Assembly (NCBI GenBank): GCA_027338645.1
Contig: DAHWSH010000011.1
Span: forward strand, 130,546 to 194,545
Reading direction: 5' to 3'
DNA length: 64,000 nucleotides
Origin: Pseudomonadota bacterium
Lineage (GTDB): Bacteria; Pseudomonadota; Gammaproteobacteria; JAKAQQ01
A program made the position numbers and the translations under genes. This document shows, piece by piece, positions 21,479-32,263 of the stretch. The notes beneath the pieces were generated by a model. That model was given only the letters and a program-made list of their open reading frames with translations. It was not told the DNA's origin and made no database searches. Position 1 is the stretch's first letter; the number at the start of each line of letters is the position of its first letter.

Positions 21479-21948
21479 TGCAGGCGCTCCGCAGCGGCCC
21501 TCAGAAGCTCCGCATGCCGCCTGGGATCGATTTCCTTCTCTAGGATTTTTTGCGCAATTTCAATGGACAGCACGGCCAGCTGGTCCTTGAGATGCTCTTG
21601 CGCACGTTCCACTTCGACCTCCAATTCTTGATGTCCCTGCTCCAGAATCCGCTTCACCTGTTCTTGGGCACTTTTTTGAGCTTGGTCCACAAGGTGGCCA
21701 GCTCTGTGCTGGGCCGTTTCGACGATCGTTGAGGCTTCCTGACGGGCTTCCCGAAGGATAGAGACAGCCTTCTCCCGTGCCAGTTCCAAATCCCTTACAG
21801 CCCGTTCAGCCGCGGCCAGTCCATCCGCGATCTTCTTCTCACGTTCAGCCATGGCCCGGCTCAGGGGGGGCCAGATATAACGCATCGTGATCCAAACAAA
21901 TAGTGCAAAAGCCAGGACTTCAGATGCGAAAGTGAGGTCAAGGTTCAT
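21475..21948 (-). CDS. atpF: ATP synthase F0 subunit b
   Basis: N-terminal TM ending IWPPL, followed by a coiled coil. Confidence 0.96.
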   Translation of the reverse strand: MNLDLTFASEVLAFALFVWITMRYIWPPLSRAMAEREKKIADGLAAAERAVRDLELAREKAVSILREARQEASTIVETAQHRAGHLVDQAQKSAQEQVKRILEQGHQELEVEVERAQEHLKDQLAVLSIEIAQKILEKEIDPRRHAELLRAAAERLQ

Positions 21949-21987
21949 GGTATTCCTCCCGGAAGAAGCCTCTCGATGGCAACCCGT

Positions 21988-23475
<1,488 letters not shown>

Positions 23476-23582
23476 GCCTCTCTCTCTCCCCACCCAGATC
23501 GCAGGAGGCCTTCCCTGTGCCCATTTTAGGACCCGGCAAGGCACGATTATCCGTGTATTTTAGGGCAATGTCCCCAATCCGA

Positions 23583-24473
23583 TCAAGTCCCGCGGCGGTA
23601 ACCCAGTCGACTCAATAAGGCTTCGAAATCATCAAGCCCCTTGAAATGAATGAGTACCCGGCCGGTTTTTCCCTGAACACCCGATGTTTCGACTTCGACA
23701 CGCCGTCCCAGATGCTCGGTTAGCCCCCGCTCCAGCCGGAGCCGGTCTGCGTCCCGGGACTTTTTATCCACAGCTCTCGATTCACCTCCTGCTGCCTCCT
23801 TCGGGCCTTGGATGCGCTTCAGGTAACGCTCTGTCTGTCGCACATTGAGGGCATTCTCTGCGATGTAGCGCGCGGCCTCATCCTGTGCAGAACCCGTGAC
23901 CGACAGCAAAGCCCGGGCATGGCCCATCTCAAGTCGGCCTGACTGCAAAAGCTCACGGGCCACCGGACGAAGGTCGAGAAGCCGTAGGAGATTGGTGACC
24001 CCAGCGCGTGAGCGTCCCACCGTTTCTGCCACTTGCTCATGGGTCATGTGGAACTCGGTCACCAGCTGTTTCAGGGCGAATGCTTCTTCCAGCGGATGGA
24101 GATCGGTTCGTTGGAGATTCTCGATCAGGGCTACCTGCAGGGCAGCCGAATCATCCAACGTCCGGATAATCACGGGCACCTCGAGTTGGCCGGCAATCTG
24201 CGCCGCACGCCAGCGTCTCTCGCCGGCGATGATCTCGTAGTGGTTGGGTTCAGCCAAACGCCGCACGAGGATGGGCTGCAAGATCCCCTGTGTGCGGATG
24301 GACTGCGCCAGTTCGAGCAGTTGCTCACGGGGGATGTCACGACGTGGCTGGTAGTGGCCCGGCACGAGGTACTCGACGGGTAGCAACTCCAAGCTTTCGG
24401 AAATGGAGGACTCTTCCTGCTGTCCAAGAATCGCCGACAAGGACCGGTTCAGGGGACGGCGCTTCATGGACAT
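23583..24473 (-). CDS. parB: chromosome partitioning protein ParB
   Basis: YQPRR, GILQPILVR, IIAGERRWRAA, ALIENLQR, HTH; start at 24473 or 24467. Confidence 0.96.
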   Translation of the reverse strand: MSMKRRPLNRSLSAILGQQEESSISESLELLPVEYLVPGHYQPRRDIPREQLLELAQSIRTQGILQPILVRRLAEPNHYEIIAGERRWRAAQIAGQLEVPVIIRTLDDSAALQVALIENLQRTDLHPLEEAFALKQLVTEFHMTHEQVAETVGRSRAGVTNLLRLLDLRPVARELLQSGRLEMGHARALLSVTGSAQDEAARYIAENALNVRQTERYLKRIQGPKEAAGGESRAVDKKSRDADRLRLERGLTEHLGRRVEVETSGVQGKTGRVLIHFKGLDDFEALLSRLGYRRGT

Positions 24474-24477
24474 GGAT

Positions 24478-25290
24478 CTAACTCCCGCGCTCGGTACCGG
24501 CCATTCTATCAGCGCCTTGTCCGACGGGGAACCGTTCCAACTGTTCACTGGCAAGGGCGAGGTAGGCCATCGCACCACGAGAGGAAGGATCATAGACCTG
24601 GATGGGTACACCATGACTGGGTGCTTCTGCGAGCCGAACATTGCGTGGGATGACGGTTCGGTACACCTCGTTCCCAAAATGGACAATTAGTTGCGAGGAA
24701 ACCTCGTGGTGAAGACTGCTCCGGGCATCGAACATGGTTCGCAGAAGCCCCTCGATCTTGAGGCTTGGATTGAGGGCCTGCTGCACGGACCGGATGGTCT
24801 CAAGTAGGGAAGACAGGCCTTCCAGTGCGTAATACTCACATTGGATCGGAATGAGTACCCCGCTTGATGCGACCAAGGCGTTAACCGTCAGGATATTGAG
24901 CGAAGGGGGACAGTCGATCAGGATATCGTCGAATGGGACTCCGTCCTGAATCAGGTTTTTCAGGCGATTCTCGCCGGACCCTGAACGAGTGAGGGCAACC
25001 TCGGTCGCCGTGAGATCAGCATGTGCCGGCAATAGCTGGAAACGACCGGGCGGCACCCGAATGTCTACCAGGGCTTCAGACAGTTTAATCCGTCCCCCGA
25101 GCACTGCATCGGAGCCTGCCCGCAAGCGCCGCTTGTCGATTCCGAGACCGGTTGTGGCATTGGCCTGGGGATCCAAGTCAACGAGAAGAACGTGCCGCCG
25201 ATAGGCTGCAAGGGCAGCCGCTAAATTAATCGCCGTTGTGGTCTTGCCAACCCCACCTTTTTGATTGGCAATAGCCAATACCCGACTCAT
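24478..25290 (-). CDS. parA: chromosome partitioning ATPase ParA/Soj
   Basis: NQKGGVGKTT, DLDPQANAT, IDCPPSL, EAPSHG. Confidence 0.97.
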   Translation of the reverse strand: MSRVLAIANQKGGVGKTTTAINLAAALAAYRRHVLLVDLDPQANATTGLGIDKRRLRAGSDAVLGGRIKLSEALVDIRVPPGRFQLLPAHADLTATEVALTRSGSGENRLKNLIQDGVPFDDILIDCPPSLNILTVNALVASSGVLIPIQCEYYALEGLSSLLETIRSVQQALNPSLKIEGLLRTMFDARSSLHHEVSSQLIVHFGNEVYRTVIPRNVRLAEAPSHGVPIQVYDPSSRGAMAYLALASEQLERFPVGQGADRMAGTERGS

Positions 25291-25380
25291 GGTCCGGTCC
25301 CCCGAACGGATCTGCCGATCCGGTTCACTCTATCATGGACTAAGCGAAGGGTCAGGGGTTGCCCCCCGACGAATCCGGGT

Positions 25381-26010
25381 TCAGCGACGGAGATCAAGAA
25401 CGTGCCGATGGGTATCGTGGCCATCCATCCAGACCTGCCAGATGGCAGTCACATGCCATCGTGAATCGGGAGCAAGCCATTCGCCTGGTGGCCGTTCCCC
25501 TTTCATCGCCAGCCACTGGTCTTCCGGGTCACACCAAGCTGTCGTAACGTCAAGAAAATACGAGAGTGGACCGAGGGCTCGGCTCATCAATGTAGCTGGC
25601 CCACTCCGAGGCTTACGAGGCAATCGTTCCGCTCGCAGATTCTGGATTTCGAGATTCTCGACGTTGAGCCGGCGTTTGACGTGATCCAGAAAAAGGGCTT
25701 TTTTCCGGTTAGCCTCGATCAGGCAATAAAGACGCTCCGGATCGGCGAGCGCCAGTACCAGGCCTGGGAATCCGGCGCCACTTCCAACATCAATTCCGAT
25801 CTGCCCCATGATGAGCGGTTGCAGGGCCAAGCTATCGTAGATATGCCGTGGCCAGAGCCGGGATCCTTCTCGGGCGCCCATCAAGTTATAGCCCTGACTC
25901 CATTGCAAAAGAAGATCAACAAAGGATTCCAAGCGATCCCGAGTCGCCTTTGGGATTTCCTCTGAAGAAAACTCGAGCCGTTGCGGTTGGAACGGTTTCC
26001 CGACGTTCAT
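25381..26010 (-). CDS. rsmG: 16S rRNA m7G527 methyltransferase
   Basis: RHIYDSL, DVGSGAGFPG, SRA, AMKG; upstream of parA. Confidence 0.93.
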   Translation of the reverse strand: MNVGKPFQPQRLEFSSEEIPKATRDRLESFVDLLLQWSQGYNLMGAREGSRLWPRHIYDSLALQPLIMGQIGIDVGSGAGFPGLVLALADPERLYCLIEANRKKALFLDHVKRRLNVENLEIQNLRAERLPRKPRSGPATLMSRALGPLSYFLDVTTAWCDPEDQWLAMKGERPPGEWLAPDSRWHVTAIWQVWMDGHDTHRHVLDLRR

Positions 26011-26029
26011 CGAACCTCCGACGATCGGC

Positions 26030-28447
26030 TCAGCCGGCCTGTTCTGCCTGCATGTGTTTTTCGAGGTCGAGCACGCGCAGCGTGGTGGCCACCACCGTGT
26101 CCGGGTTGAGGCTGATTGAGTCAATCCCCTGTTGGATCAGGAAATCGGCCATCTCCGGGTAATCCGATGGAGCCTGGCCACACAGGCCAGAGTGAATCCC
26201 GTTACGACGACAACCCAGGACGGCCTGTCTGATCGTTTCCAGAACAGCCGGATCCCGTTCGTCGTACTCGAAAGCCACCATGGCAGAGTCCCGATCCACG
26301 CCGAGCGTCAACTGGGTCAAGTCGTTGCTCCCAATCGAGAATCCATCAAAGCGCTTGGCAAATCCATCGATCAGGATCACGTTGCTCGGCACCTCGCACA
26401 TGGCATAGAGGCGAAGCCCCCGTTGCCCACGAACCAGCCCAAGATCAGCCATCCGGGCGAGAACCTGATCTGCCTCTTCAAGACGCCGAACAAAGGGAAT
26501 CATGAGAATCACGTTCTCGAATCCCCAATCTTCTCGAACCCGACGCATTGCCGTACACTCCAGCGCGAAACCTTCGCGATAGGCTGGATGATCGTAGCGA
26601 GAGGCTCCCCGGAAGCCGAGCATGGGATTTTCCTCGGTGGGCTCGAAACTCCGACCCCCGAGCAGCGAGGCATATTCGTTTGACTTGAAGTCCGACATGC
26701 GAACCACGACCGGCTTGGGCCAGAAGGCAGCGGCGATGGTCCCAATTCCCTGTGCCAGCCGTTCCACAAAAAAGTCCTCCGGGCGGTCATATCCCCTGAC
26801 GAGGCTTGCCAACGCAGCCCGATCCCGCGCATCAGTAACCCGATCTGGATGAAGCAGGGCCATGGGGTGGGCCCGGATACTGCTGCTGATGATAAACTCC
26901 ATCCGGGCCAGCCCAACCCCGTCGTTGGGGAGGAAACTGGTCTGAAAGGCGATATCCGGATTGCCCAGATTGACCATGATCCGGGTCTTGGGGCGCGGGA
27001 CCGCCTCGAGATCGGTGCGCCGGATCTCAAAGGGCAGAATGCCGTCATAAACCACCCCGTCATCCCCTTCGGCACACGAAACGGTAATTGCCGTGTGGTC
27101 ACGGAGCCGGGTCGTGGCCTCCCCGGTGCCGACAATCGCTGGAATTCCGAGCTCTCTAGCAATGATCGCCGCATGGCAGGTACGCCCGCCACGGTCGGTC
27201 ACGATGGCCGCGGCCCGTTTCATGACCGGCTCCCAATCCGGGGTTGTGGTTTCAGAAACAAGGACGTCTCCTGGCTTGAAACCAGCAAGATCCTCCATCG
27301 ATTCGATGACCCGAGGCGAACCCGTGGCAATCCGGGTCCCCACCGCGCGCCCCCGGACCAGGAGGGTTCCGGTTTGTTTCAGGTGAAATTCCTCGAGGAT
27401 TTGCCGGGGCTTGCGCGATGCCACCGTTTCAGGCCGAGCCTGGACCAAGTAGAGGTGGCCATCAAGTCCGTCCTTGGCCCATTCAATATCCATAGGACGG
27501 TCTTCTCCGGCCTTGCGACTGTAATGGGCTTCTACCCGCAGGGCGTACTCGGTCAGGACGAAGATTTCCTCGTCTGTCAGACAGAAGCCATCCCGTTCAG
27601 CTTCGGTCGTTTCCTGAATCCGGGTTCCGGAATGCCCTGATGAACCGGCATAGACCATCTTGATCTGTTTCCCCCCCTGCCGGCGACGGAGTACAGCACG
27701 GTGTCCCTGTTGAAAGGTCGGTTTGAAGACATAAAACTCATCCGGTTCCACCTGGCCTTGGACCAGGGTTTCGCCGAGCCCCCAAGTTGCCGTGATAAAA
27801 ACCACCTCCCGGAACCCGCTCTCCGTATCCAGCGTAAAAAGAACCCCACTCGAAGCCAGGTCCGAACGCACCATTTTCATGATCCCGATGGAAAGAGCCA
27901 CGTCGAATTGTCCGTAGCCTTGTCGGGCACGATAGTGGATCGCCCGATCTGTAAACAGACTCGCAAAACAGTGCCGGCAGGACTCGAGCACGGCGGGTTC
28001 GCCCTGGATGTTGAGATAGGTCTCCTGCTGCCCAGCAAAACTTGCCTGTGGTAGATCCTCTGCCGTAGCCGAGGATCGAACCGCCACGGTCAGTTCTGGC
28101 CCATACTCCTCCCTCAGGTGTCCATAGGCCTCAAGAATTTCCTGTTCCACAGCCACTGGCAGGCCGGCGCCATAAAGGATTTCACGGGCCCGGGCCCCAC
28201 GCTCCGCCAGATCGGTCACCTGGTCCAGGTCAAGCCCGGACAAGGCTCGTTCCAGTTCCCTACGGGTATTCCCATGGTCGAGAACCGCCCGGTAAGCATC
28301 GGCGGTCACGGCAAAGCCGTTGGGAATACGGATACCCTGTGGCCTGAGTTCACGATAGATTTCTCCCAGTGACGCATTTTTGCCGCCCACAAGGAGCAGG
28401 TCCCCCAATCCGATCTCTTCGAAAAAACGAATGTATCGCATGCTCAT
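26030..28447 (-). CDS. ppsA: phosphoenolpyruvate synthase
   Basis: VGGKNASLGE, VRSSATAEDL, GGRTCHAAIIARE (phospho-His), SIGSNDLTQ. Confidence 0.97.
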   Translation of the reverse strand: MSMRYIRFFEEIGLGDLLLVGGKNASLGEIYRELRPQGIRIPNGFAVTADAYRAVLDHGNTRRELERALSGLDLDQVTDLAERGARAREILYGAGLPVAVEQEILEAYGHLREEYGPELTVAVRSSATAEDLPQASFAGQQETYLNIQGEPAVLESCRHCFASLFTDRAIHYRARQGYGQFDVALSIGIMKMVRSDLASSGVLFTLDTESGFREVVFITATWGLGETLVQGQVEPDEFYVFKPTFQQGHRAVLRRRQGGKQIKMVYAGSSGHSGTRIQETTEAERDGFCLTDEEIFVLTEYALRVEAHYSRKAGEDRPMDIEWAKDGLDGHLYLVQARPETVASRKPRQILEEFHLKQTGTLLVRGRAVGTRIATGSPRVIESMEDLAGFKPGDVLVSETTTPDWEPVMKRAAAIVTDRGGRTCHAAIIARELGIPAIVGTGEATTRLRDHTAITVSCAEGDDGVVYDGILPFEIRRTDLEAVPRPKTRIMVNLGNPDIAFQTSFLPNDGVGLARMEFIISSSIRAHPMALLHPDRVTDARDRAALASLVRGYDRPEDFFVERLAQGIGTIAAAFWPKPVVVRMSDFKSNEYASLLGGRSFEPTEENPMLGFRGASRYDHPAYREGFALECTAMRRVREDWGFENVILMIPFVRRLEEADQVLARMADLGLVRGQRGLRLYAMCEVPSNVILIDGFAKRFDGFSIGSNDLTQLTLGVDRDSAMVAFEYDERDPAVLETIRQAVLGCRRNGIHSGLCGQAPSDYPEMADFLIQQGIDSISLNPDTVVATTLRVLDLEKHMQAEQAG

Positions 28448-28510
28448 ATTTCCCCTTGTGGTACTTGGACATCCTCATGCCCCCATCCGACGTTACCCTT
28501 TCCACATCTC

Positions 28511-30256
28511 CTAGAAATTGACAATGTCCCCGATGACGATCGAACTCGCGGGAACTCCAGGAGCATGCACGGTCGGAAAGGCAATGGTCAGATAGTAAAC
28601 CTGCCCATAGGCGCTGCGGAGATCGCCGATCCGGATCCCCCCCCCCACATCCTGGTAGGTCTGGCTCCATCGGGACGGTGAGAGTTCTTCAATCCGGGCC
28701 CAATCCGCATAAACCACGAAACCGAGGACAAATGTGTGCCAAAACTGGATCGGCGTCACGATTCGGTCTTCGATCGTGCCCGACCAGAGACGCGTCCCCA
28801 GCCGGAAAAAATTGGGATAACCCCGGAGGCCCTGGATCCCGCCGATGTAAAGTAGGTTATCCGGCTCCGGGTTGACTTCGAACTGGTAGTCACCGTGGAG
28901 AACCAGTGTTTGATACGGTAGCATCTGGTTATAGTAGGTGCCCTGAATCTCGCCAACTTCATTCTGCCAAGCGTTCGCCTGCCGACGGGCTTCCCAGCTG
29001 GCAGACGCGAGGAGCAGGTCGTGTCCAAAAATCCGGGTTCCCGTATCGACCGAAAGGTTCAGGGTCGAGGACGACCCGAGACTACCGAGCCAGGAAGGAT
29101 CATAAGACCAGTTTGCATTGACGGTCCAGCCCAAGTTGTAATCCTCGACACGATCGATCAGCCGAATGTTCTCAAAGCTCCGGTATCGATCCTGGAAGAG
29201 CTGCCAACCCAAGGTCGGCCCGTTTTCTGTGCGGTCGATCAGCGCGAGGGGAAGCGCGCCATAGCCGGGTATCAGGCTAGGAGTGCCATAGCTTTCCGAA
29301 CGCCGACTCCATCCGACGAAGAAGCGTTCGCCCGTATCATGGGAAAATCCCAACAAGCGACCATAATCGACGCTGAAATCATTGATCCGGGTGGGAATGC
29401 TTTCGGTCAGTGTGCCATTTTCAAAAAAATCCAGGTTTTCCTGCTGGGAGGATCCGGTAAAGGTCAGTGCCCAAGGATCGCGATCGCGGTAGAAAGGACG
29501 GCCGACCGTCAGTTCCTTGAGAAATCCATCTGAAAAATGGTCATACTGGGCAAGACCCGTCCAACGGGTTCCCATAATGGCTGGATCTTCGTAGGCGAAG
29601 AGAGTTCCGCTTTGCTCGAAGGTTTTCTCCCAACCCACCGAGATTATTTTCCCGAGTCCGAGAAAGTCCGTATCCTTGATTTTGTAGTGGTACTCGCTTT
29701 GCCCCCCCACATGCGTGAACTGGAAGTTCGCCTTGAGCGTCCAGGCGTCCTTTTCGATGACCCGGACGTTGACCACATGTCCGTGGCAGCCATCCGGTTC
29801 GATGATGACGATGCGAACAAAAGGAAGTACGCGGAGGTTACGCTCGGTCTCGTAAAGGTTTCGGGCATTCACAGGCTCTCCTGACTTGAAGAGCAACTCG
29901 TTGCGGATCACGGCCGGGACTGTCTTGATATGAATGAAATTGGCAAGCCGTGCATACCACGTATTCTCACCTGGACGGGAGGTATTGAACACATTGACGA
30001 CCCGGATCCTGATCTTGCCAACCCGGTAATGCTGGCTCGTAAACCAGATCCACTGGTCGGCACCATACCAGGGCCCGGCAATAGGCGACAGCCCCGATGG
30101 TAGCAGGGCAAGACAACTGCGTGGTTCATGTGCATCAAGCACTGGCCGGGAGTGAGCGTTGACGACAGGCAACAACAGGATCCCCACCAGCCACCAGCAG
30201 GGAACTCCTGATACCCGCCGACCCTCACCGAGAACTCTGTTTCGCACAGATCTCAA
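28511..30256 (-). CDS. Omp85 (BamA/TamA-like) outer membrane protein with N-terminal POTRA-like domain
   Basis: Signal-like region, VIRNELLFKSGEP...ETERNLR POTRA, GLRGY loop motif, C-terminal Phe. Confidence 0.75.
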   Translation of the reverse strand: MRSVRNRVLGEGRRVSGVPCWWLVGILLLPVVNAHSRPVLDAHEPRSCLALLPSGLSPIAGPWYGADQWIWFTSQHYRVGKIRIRVVNVFNTSRPGENTWYARLANFIHIKTVPAVIRNELLFKSGEPVNARNLYETERNLRVLPFVRIVIIEPDGCHGHVVNVRVIEKDAWTLKANFQFTHVGGQSEYHYKIKDTDFLGLGKIISVGWEKTFEQSGTLFAYEDPAIMGTRWTGLAQYDHFSDGFLKELTVGRPFYRDRDPWALTFTGSSQQENLDFFENGTLTESIPTRINDFSVDYGRLLGFSHDTGERFFVGWSRRSESYGTPSLIPGYGALPLALIDRTENGPTLGWQLFQDRYRSFENIRLIDRVEDYNLGWTVNANWSYDPSWLGSLGSSSTLNLSVDTGTRIFGHDLLLASASWEARRQANAWQNEVGEIQGTYYNQMLPYQTLVLHGDYQFEVNPEPDNLLYIGGIQGLRGYPNFFRLGTRLWSGTIEDRIVTPIQFWHTFVLGFVVYADWARIEELSPSRWSQTYQDVGGGIRIGDLRSAYGQVYYLTIAFPTVHAPGVPASSIVIGDIVNF

Positions 30257-30396
30257 AATTGGACTTTACCTCCACCTCAACGGGACCGGCCCACAGATCT
30301 GGCTGGGGCACAAAGCCCTTTCTGGAAACCCGGGAATCCCCATCGGGTACTGGTTTCATCCTGACATCCCGGCTTCCCACGCCGGAATTTCAAGGT

Positions 30397-30990
30397 TCAG
30401 GGATGTGCGGGGCCACCGATACAAGGGCCGATCCGGATACCGGTCACGCGAATCCGGTAGCTCATCTCAAGGGGTGTCTTCATCAGGGTATGAACCCACT
30501 CCTGTAACCGGGTCTTCTGGTAAATCATCCGTCCCTGGCTGACCAAATTCATATTCGCGGAATGGCATTCCATGGTCCAAGTCAGGATATTGCCAACCAT
30601 TTGGTGGTGTGTCACACGACACATGGATTTCTTGTAACCTACGGGCGGCAAGGACTTTGGCTGCCGCGACAGACAGGTGGTCTGGGTCTCCTGCCTTGCG
30701 GCTGAACCCGTTCCCTCTGTCACGACATGCAGACGCCACCGACCCGGCACGAAGTCGGAGTTGACAGGCGTGGCAGAAACCGGTACGACCGTCAACAAAA
30801 GGAGTAGAAGCGGCCCTCCAGTCCAGTTTACGAACCCTTCCCAGCCGAATTTTTTCGGGCACGTCATCTGAGGTTCTCCTCTCGGATCTTGACCGATGGA
30901 ATGGTGTGCCGCACTTTTCCACCGCCCTTTACCCGCTTTGGAAACGCGGAGCAATGCATCTGGACCTGGTACATTTCCAAGGCCTCCCAT
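30397..30990 (-). CDS. secreted DUF3617-like protein (start uncertain)
   Basis: Signal peptide LLLLLLTVVPVSA, PGRWR, four Cys (TTCL, SMC, MEC, GIRIGPC). Confidence 0.65.
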   Translation of the reverse strand: MGGLGNVPGPDALLRVSKAGKGRWKSAAHHSIGQDPRGEPQMTCPKKFGWEGFVNWTGGPLLLLLLTVVPVSATPVNSDFVPGRWRLHVVTEGTGSAARQETQTTCLSRQPKSLPPVGYKKSMCRVTHHQMVGNILTWTMECHSANMNLVSQGRMIYQKTRLQEWVHTLMKTPLEMSYRIRVTGIRIGPCIGGPAHP

Positions 30991-31027
30991 TGTACTGGAG
31001 AAAGACGGAATCCTGCGCCCATCGCAA

Positions 31028-32215
31028 TCAGATCACATGAAAAGGCAGCTCGCCGGTCAGGGCTCTCATGTCCCGGTGTTTCCAGAGCTCCCAATTCTCC
31101 TGTCCAGGTACCGGCTCAAGCCGGTAGTGCGCGAAGATCTCCTCAAACAAAACACTGATCCCGTCCAAGACATGTGAAACGAGTGGACTGACCGTCTCTC
31201 CCCAAATCTCCTCAGGGTTCCGGGACGGATGTCCAGATGTGCCATCGGGTACGGGCTCAAAATGCTCGAAGTCCATTGCACCTTCAAGTAAACGGGGGCA
31301 AAAGAGCAGCACCACTCCTGGCGGGATCCGATCAGCCCCGAGCCGGTATTCATGGCATGTAATCCTTCCCTGGATCCAGCGAGGAGGCAAAAGTCGCCAG
31401 CATTCTCCAAGTGCATGGCGGATCCATCCGGGGGCCATGTGCTCACTGGGGAAATGGAAAGCCGCACCATGCTCTCCCTGTTCAACGAAAACAAGGAAGG
31501 CCGCCAAAATCGCAAGTTCCAGTTCAGGTCCAGCCTGACTGAGCCGATACAGTTGGATGGTCCGGCGGCTAGATTCTTGCGCTTCCCGGCGAGTCGCTTC
31601 ATTAGCCTGCCAGCCGGAAACGGATTGCGGGAAAACCCGAAACCAGCCTGTCTTCCGCTTTCGAGCATTCGCCGTGCTGGGATCGAAATCGCCCCAAAAA
31701 GCCCGTTGGCGGGCCCGGGCAAAGGTTTCTTCAGATATATTACGATCTTCCACTGCCAAGGAGTCCGGCATGAGCCCTAAACCCTCAAGCAGTAAATTAG
31801 CCATGATTTGGACCTCACGGGGCAGGGAAAGGAGTGCCCCAGCATGCCAGTGGGCCTTACATTGTTCCTGCCACCGTTCTCGCAGGGAATCGCTCGCACG
31901 AATCTCTAGCGGTTTGGTCTGTATTCCGGGAGTTCCCGGACCTTGACTGGGGAGGGGATCCTTCGGCCCGGATCCTTTAGGCCAAGGTGCGAGAACATCA
32001 ATCGATGGATTCCGAATCTCATTGATTTCCTGAGGTTTTGTCACGCACAGGTAGAGCCGGCCCCGGTACTTCAAAAGAGCCTGACCATGGGCGTTACCTT
32101 GGCACCGTTCACGGAGAAAGCAGCACAAGGCGGGATCCCAAAGCAGGATTCCACGGGAGACCCGATCCAGGTTACGGCTAAGGTCAGCAGGCAACGGCTG
32201 GGGATCCAGTTTCAT
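31028..32215 (-). CDS. hypothetical protein (395 aa)
   Basis: Long ORF filling the gap between prpD and the DUF3617-like gene, co-directional; no motif recognised. Confidence 0.65.
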   Translation of the reverse strand: MKLDPQPLPADLSRNLDRVSRGILLWDPALCCFLRERCQGNAHGQALLKYRGRLYLCVTKPQEINEIRNPSIDVLAPWPKGSGPKDPLPSQGPGTPGIQTKPLEIRASDSLRERWQEQCKAHWHAGALLSLPREVQIMANLLLEGLGLMPDSLAVEDRNISEETFARARQRAFWGDFDPSTANARKRKTGWFRVFPQSVSGWQANEATRREAQESSRRTIQLYRLSQAGPELELAILAAFLVFVEQGEHGAAFHFPSEHMAPGWIRHALGECWRLLPPRWIQGRITCHEYRLGADRIPPGVVLLFCPRLLEGAMDFEHFEPVPDGTSGHPSRNPEEIWGETVSPLVSHVLDGISVLFEEIFAHYRLEPVPGQENWELWKHRDMRALTGELPFHVI

Positions 32216-32263
32216 GTTACGACCTGAGCGGTACCATCAACCGCATTTCAAGCCGATCCTGGC

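Noticed and set aside
23764-23772. Perfect DnaA box TTATCCACA inside parB
   Set aside because: A single box in coding sequence with no cluster or AT-rich element; not an origin.
26132-27640. Long antisense ORFs (183 and 263 aa) opposite ppsA, and similar ones opposite atpA, prpB, mnmG and yidC
   Set aside because: Shadow ORFs typical of GC-rich coding DNA; no motifs, and fully overlapping well-supported genes.
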